Source of the DNA: Catajapyx aquilonaris
Taxonomy: Eukaryota
NCBI GenBank assembly: GCA_000934665.2
Contig: JYFJ02000643.1
Span: 62,001 to 117,759, forward strand
Direction of reading: 5' to 3'
DNA: 55,759 bases
In this document: positions 49,293 to 55,759 of the stretch, piece by piece
How the letters are laid out: each line of letters begins with the position of its first letter
How positions within the stretch are numbered: position 1 is the stretch's first letter
Program-made: the position numbers and the translations under genes
Notes under the pieces: model-generated
What the model was told of the DNA's origin: nothing
Database searches by the model: none
The model's input: the letters and a program-made list of their open reading frames with translations, nothing else

Positions 49293-52200
49293 GTTTCAAT
49301 CTGACAGTTCTGATGAAATAATAATTGCACATGAAAATATCGCCTACCAGCTAAAATCCATCATACAGTATCCATCATACGTCATGCTAAAATTAATGCA
49401 ATTATTTTTCTTGGCACATTGATATGAACCAGACATTTTGGACTACCGCACGACACTTTCTATTGGTCATGAAAGTTCGCTAATTTCGATCAATATCAAT
49501 CGTAAACTCCTCATAAAAAATAAAAGCATGCATTCAAGTTATTGCGTACCCGGAAATGTTACTAGAACTTATTTACATGTAGAGCAAAGAAAACACCGCA
49601 TCGCCAACCAGAGGAACTCATCCGTAAAAAAATTTTAATTATAATTTACGCAACATCAAATCTTCCGCTTTTGCTAGGATTGCTTGAAATGATAATTATC
49701 CGAGCACAAAGGCAGATCGTATTCCACCCATGAAATTGCAGTTTATATTTGTACACTCTCAGTGAAAGGATGCGCTTCAACAATAACTAGGTTGCAAAAT
49801 TGGCGAAATATTACCTTGCAATAATTATGCGTCAATTTGCATTAATTATTATCCTGTAATTCGAACATAACATCACAGCACGCCATGGCTTCCCCCCTTT
49901 TAACAAGCTAAATTTTATCATCGCCATTGATAACGAGTATGTCCCCCCCACTCTCTCTATTCTCCCAGCTGCAGAATAGGTGTCGGAAAAGTGCCACATG
50001 GGGGATCCAGCAAATTGTCACCCGATTGTTTCCAGGAAGAATAGTTTGATGGTCTGCATGGCTAACGGGAAGAATATTGTGAAGCCCCACCCCACCCCCC
50101 CCCCCACCCATCAAACCCCATCGTGTTTCATGCCGCCTGGAATAAAAAATTTAATGCTTTTTTCCAGTCATTCGAACTGGAGCCAATGTTTGGCCAAGCA
50201 CACACAGAAAAAAAGGTAATGAAAAATTCACACGGAATTCTCCCGGCGTGGGAATACCTCCATGCAAATGCTCCATTATGAATTATCCGAAAGGGCATTT
50301 GCATGCTGTTTCCACGATGTCTTTCCGGGTAGCTGGACGTATATATACGGACCGATTTCATAACGATCAGCCTATTAAGTTGTCTACTTATTGTGGGTAA
50401 TATATCCGCAAAATGTACTGTACCGGTAGGTGGTGTCGCAAGTCAATGAACGTTATTGTGGCTTTACCAATGGGAGAGGTCTGCCCATTCGGACGCGCTC
50501 TCTGAACTGTCCCAAAGTAACAATGGGGTCGTATCCTACATTTTGAAAACTAATTTTGAACAGAATTTTGGTGTTTTTTGTTTGAAGAAATACCTATTAG
50601 TGTTCGAGCTATGATCGATCTTAAATCATACGGCCTCTGACGTCACTACGGTTAGCCAGCAGTCCGAATGCGCTCCTAGGCCACGCCCCGTTTTTCCCCG
50701 CCAATTTGAGAGTGACTTTTAAACCCCGGTAATTGATCGAGGAATGACATTTTGGTACTGAGAAGTAGTGGAATGCTTATTTACATGTAGCTGTTCGTGT
50801 ACTTCCCAAATCCCAGACCAAGGCTATAGGACCCCCCATTATTGTCACATAATTATACAGTAGTGGTCGGATTGTTGAAGATTGAGTGTCCCCATGGTCC
50901 AGAGTTCGAGAACCCCTGCAGCAAACAACAGAAGAGGATCGTGTCAGCAGAGGCCAGAAGTTGGTCAGGCGCAGGGTGAATTTTCGGGTTGATGTTGGTT
51001 GAGAGAGGAGATAGAAGAGGAGGGGCTTGTAATCCAAGCAAGTGGGCAAATAGAAAGAATGGAGGGGCGCAAAAGGAGCCCCCTTTTCCATTTGCTTGGG
51101 CGAGAGGGGGGCGCTCTCTATTTTTTTTCCCACACTGCTTGTTTTTGCTCTTTTCCCTATGCCCTCTCTGAGCTTATTCGGCAGTGCTGGGCTCTCCTTG
51201 CGACTACACACAAGACTGGATAAAAAAGGTGAGTTGCGGAGGAAAAGCACATTCTAGTAGTGGAGGGGGCTGCCAACAAATGGAAATAACGCTACTGGTG
51301 CATCCAGCTGGGAAGAGACCCGCATGACCATCTAGGTTCTAACCCTAAGAGTTTGAAGCCTCAACACCCATCAGTTGGTTGTGGCCATATGCTACATGCT
51401 GGTACTCGACCTCAATTTCCAGAGAGTTTGGTTTCTTTTCATATTGGCACCAGAGCGAAACAAAGCTTCTTATGTGCCCGGCTTGGAAGGAGGATTTGCT
51501 TGTCTGCATTGCGGTGTACTTTTCCGCTGATGGGAGGGTCTAAGGAAACAAAAATTTGAAGGCGATGGCGAAATAGCAACAATACATTCGTCATATAAAA
51601 GCAAAAATATACGTATAATTATGAATATATCAATATGCCCAAGTCTGTTACAAGCCATACGAAAATATGATTCTAGATTTTGTGAAGAAAATAATTCAAT
51701 GTAACACGGATGTTCATTCCTGCTTAAAAACTGTAAGTAAATTGGATCAAATTCAGCAAAGAAGCTCAAATCCGCATTTTCTCGAATTCTAAGACAATCT
51801 TCTCATCTTGCAAGACAATCTTTTGAAAAACCAGTAATGAGCTTGAAATAATCCGATTATGGTATATGGTGCGTCACTACTGGGGATTTTAATTTGTAAT
51901 ATTCGCAGAAGCGTTATAATATTCGCAGATTGCACATTTAAAAAATTCTCAGGACGTTGTATCATGCTTATACATTTAAAGCTTAAACAAATATGATCCC
52001 TATCACGTGTTCGCTTCAGCTAGAGGTTTTTCGCTCTGATCTGCTTATTGTTCACTAATTTTTGCCAACTATTTTTACAATGTCTTACAAGCTCTTGGAT
52101 CTGATATTTGTACAGCTTAGATTGAAAAAAAATTGCTATTCGAAACATGGAGCCCACTCTGAACACGTATCAAGCATATATTTCGCCAAAGAACTTCAAT

Positions 52201-52597
52201 TTGCGAATTAATGCTGTGCTGAGCCCTGCAAAAGAGTCCGGTAATGGAGGGCGGAGGTTGTGAGGGGAGAGGGGAAAAAACCCCTAGCCCTGATCGTCTC
52301 CAGCATCAATTCCGGGGCAGGAAAAATTAATTATGCCCCTTTCCGTATTCACACTCACGCTACGGATCAAATGGGGCAAAAACCTCAGGCCTAGAAATTT
52401 TTAAAACGGGAGAGAAAATGATCAGCAACATTGTCATTACTAAAATGATTCATACGTCTACGTATAGACTATTAAAAGTGAATTTTACGTATATAGATGT
52501 AATTTTCTGTCTGCAGGCTTGTTATCACAATAATTAGTGTTAATTAGTCACTTTAATTGCCATGTAATCCATCTATAATCTACGTTGTTTGTGTCAG

Positions 52598-52655
52598 GCT
52601 TCTGATTGTCCCCCATTCTGCGCCTGCGCAATGGGAGGAGGCAGCGCCTCTGGTG
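52598..52655. repeat. ~60-bp GC-rich dispersed repeat, copy 1 (inverted copy at 55105-55164)
   Basis: Its reverse complement caccagaggcgctgcctcc..tcccattgcgc..gcgcagaa.gggggacaatc.gaagc matches 55105-55164. Confidence 0.8.
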
Positions 52656-55104
52656 TAGCAATTTAAAAGGTAGTACAGAGGGATGCATATACCATCCACA
52701 CAGGTTGCCATTATCTCCTCAATGAAGCGTCAAACACAAAACGTCTCCTCTACATAAAATGATCATTACACCCTGTACAATACATGAATGGGTACTTGAT
52801 CTTTCTCTGACCAGTCTCCTCCCCCACAACACCGAATGTAATGGAAAGGATCGGGGAAGGAAAAAAGGGTAAGGGGGTGGAAAACAGGAGCAAGTGGGGT
52901 GGATCCTACTCCTTTTATTCTCCCTTCCAAGGTTTTGGGAAAATTGTGGCGATTAGCAAGATTGATGGTTCTGGAGCTCGCCGTAAACAGCCCTCGAGTT
53001 TTGCTTGGGATGAGAGCGAGTTGGGGGGGGTTGGGTTAGGACCATCCTGCCCACAGCCCAGAATCCTTACAAGTAGAGAGAGAAAGATAAGAGAGAGAGA
53101 GAGAAGAGTTGAAAAAAATCAATGGGCAAAGAGAAACGTCCGCCTTGAGTAATGCTCATGGGAACTGAAAATTGTTGGATAGCAAGCGCTTTTGCTCTGG
53201 GGCTTTGCTCTCCAATGCGTCGCTTTACTAATCGCTCCTGAGCTCTTCTCTACCCTCCTCCTCCTCCTCCCCCTTTCTTTTTCGGTCTCGTATCATGCAT
53301 ATTGAGAGTTTGCTTCTCTTTTTCCAAAAATTTCCTGATGCATGAATGACGGGTTTCAAAAGGAAGCGGGAAGTGTGTCATGTGATGGGTTCTCACGAGG
53401 TGGGACCGTCTCGACTAAATGTTTCGAAAAAGGTTTTTATTTTCAAAGGAAGTTCCGCTTGTTTGGATCGTGGCAGTGTTGTGATGGACCATAAATCTGT
53501 TAAGAATTTTAAAATATATATTGTACAGTATATTAATTAGGTTTCAAATTTGCAGACGACTAATATGTGATCGGGTAATCCTTGGTGGGTCATCTGTTCA
53601 AAATAGTGAAATATTTTTATATCAATTATGTTTCAGATTTTAGGCGAATAATATTGTGTCAGGTAGTTAAACAAATAAATCTTAGCATATGGAGTAATGG
53701 ATCAAAATGATCCAATCCCTATCAATAATTTTAATCGACCAATAATCAACAACACTTTACCTTGCAATTATTGCTACAGATCTATATGTAGTAAATGGTC
53801 TCATATTAAATATTTAGATCCATTCACTTGCACCTTTATTCTTCTTAATGATAAAAAAAGACCAGTGCATGTGAAGCAGCAGCGACCACACTCAAAATAT
53901 CGACGCACTTTTATAATGGTGTCTGAATATGCTAGCTAGACACTTTTATCGTCTGTATCTTGGCTCTAAAATAGTCTTTCCTGTGTGAACCAAGCAGCTG
54001 GTTGACATTGGTACGAGAGTTAGAAAACTATTCCGGGAAAGTTAAACGACCTACGACACGGTACAATCTTATCGCTGGAATTTTTTTTTTCTTAATTAAA
54101 ATACACATGCTCCATACTTAGTCGTATAAAAATGTACACTTTTGCCACGTCATTATGTTTGTTAAAATGCAAAGTGATTTCATGGATATGCTGTCATGTC
54201 CGGTGGTAGGGTTGGAAATATTCAAATGATTGCTTGAATGACTTTTAAAACGTCACTCTTAATTAGCTACACCCCCAGGAAGGTTCATATCGAATATGTG
54301 CCCAGAGGTATTGTGTGTCTCGAAACGAAAATAAGTGCAGGGGGGGATGGCAGGAGGAGGGGCGATTATCCGAAGAGCTTGTGTGCGAGGCCACGTGGCC
54401 CCAATATGGCACTTTCCCGGAAAATCCTCTTTGCTAGCACAATACGGGGGAGATTCTCCGGAAAGGATGAAGGGGAGAGAAGCCCCCCTCCCCCCCCCCC
54501 CCCCCCCCCCCCCCCCTCCCNCCTTCATTTTCCTGATGAAGATGTACTCTGGGCGGCATGTCAGAGATAGAAAGAGGCATAGAGAAGAAGAAGAAGCACC
54601 ATCCAACTAGGGCTATCAAAAGAAGTCTACAGGCTTTAGGGTGAAGTAGTAGGAGGGAAAGGAGGGAGGGAGAAATCGAATAAATTTTCCCCCTATAAAT
54701 GGGGTGGAAAAGATCGCTGCATTGCTGGAAGGGATAATAGTATGCCTGTCCGTATATAGGTGCTCATGTCAAAGGGCGGCTATCTACAAGAGGAAGATAC
54801 CGCCGCATAATCCGGACAATAAATCACGTGGGAGGCCTATGCGATAAGGAACTTGAACAACAAAGGTGCGAGGCCCTCCATATTCAGACGATAGCATTTT
54901 ACAGGCTTGTGGGTTCAAGGCAGTTCGGCTATAAAAGTGAGGTGATATTACCGGTATAGTTACTAAGCAAAATATTGTATACATTTTACCAGAATTACTA
55001 GAAAAACTCTCACTTAGTTCACTGGGTGTGTGGGTGGGGAGGGTGCGATATATAGGCCTACCCTCCGGCCGACAGCGAACGAATGGATGGCTCTTCCTCC
55101 CACC

Positions 55105-55164
55105 CACCAGAGGCGCTGCCTCCACTCCCATTGCGCCTGCGCAGAACGGGGGACAATCGGAAGC
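55105..55164. repeat. ~60-bp GC-rich dispersed repeat, copy 2
   Basis: Inverted match to 52598-52655. Confidence 0.8.
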
Positions 55165-55449
55165 GTCGCGGTAACACTATACCAATCAAAAGGCATAACC
55201 AATACAACATGAACAAGATTTTAATATTATAGATTGTTAATCCAATATTAGTATTAGTGGTTATCCCCCCCCCCCTCAAACAACAGCAGATTTAATAAAA
55301 TAATTGCAAATGCACCTATCGTGTTACAAAATAAAAACAGGTACGATTTAATTAAACTGATTTATACTTGATGAGTTGATAGCCAAACAAATACATACAA
55401 ATTAATCATTAAAAGTACCGTATGCTTTAAATTTTTACCTGCAGCGTTA

Positions 55450-55750
55450 TTTTTCAATTTTTAGAGATAATAATATTCAGTGGCTTATGCATACACACTG
55501 AATAATATTTTAAGTTCAAATTAGTAAAGGTAAAATCACAATTAAAGGTTAAATATCACCAGTCCAGTGTGTGTGAACCTCTGATTACCTCTAAAAATTG
55601 GAATAAAAATTTAAATTAAACATATTCAATTTCAGAGCTAATTGATGGCTCACACGTACACATTGCTTGGATGGTGATATTTTAAGTTAAAATAATTAAA
55701 CATAAAATATCACCAGTCCAGTGTGCCACTGATTATCTCTAAAAATGGGG
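55450..55750. repeat. Diverged ~155-170-bp direct/tandem repeat
   Basis: aaatatcaccagtccagtgtg...ctgatta.ctctaaaaat at 55551 and 55705, with similar upstream ttcaattt..agag.taa and atattttaagtt segments. Confidence 0.7.
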
Positions 55751-55759
55751 GGGGGGGGG

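Noticed and set aside
54486..54523. Long poly-C/G tracts (also ~12993, ~27490 and the window end) as G-quadruplex elements or poly-Pro/Gly ORFs
   Set aside because: Several contain N bases and their lengths are unreliable. The associated ORFs are low-complexity artefacts.

Overview
Eukaryotic, intron-rich genomic DNA, most likely from an arthropod (RYamide-type receptor, degenerate TTAGG repeats, many MITE/Helitron relics). The only protein-coding gene I can support is a minus-strand rhodopsin-class neuropeptide GPCR of the RYamide/luqin receptor family. One exon (28683-27670, ATG at 28461) encodes the N-terminus through TM5/ICL3. It is followed by TWO intact, diverged, paralogous 3' modules, each encoding TM6-ECL3-TM7-C-tail and each joinable in phase 0. 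Module A is a single exon (18127-17663). Module B is split into a 69-nt TM6 exon (14329-14261, whose coding frame is not in the ORF track) and a terminal exon (9936-9514). The locus therefore appears able to make two receptors (418 and 427 aa) that share TM1-5 and swap half of the ligand pocket and the whole tail. The rest of the window is intronic or upstream sequence containing non-autonomous DNA transposons, palindromes, a probable P-superfamily excision footprint and minisatellites. The first (non-coding) exon and the promoter could not be located. All alignments and counts were done by eye.
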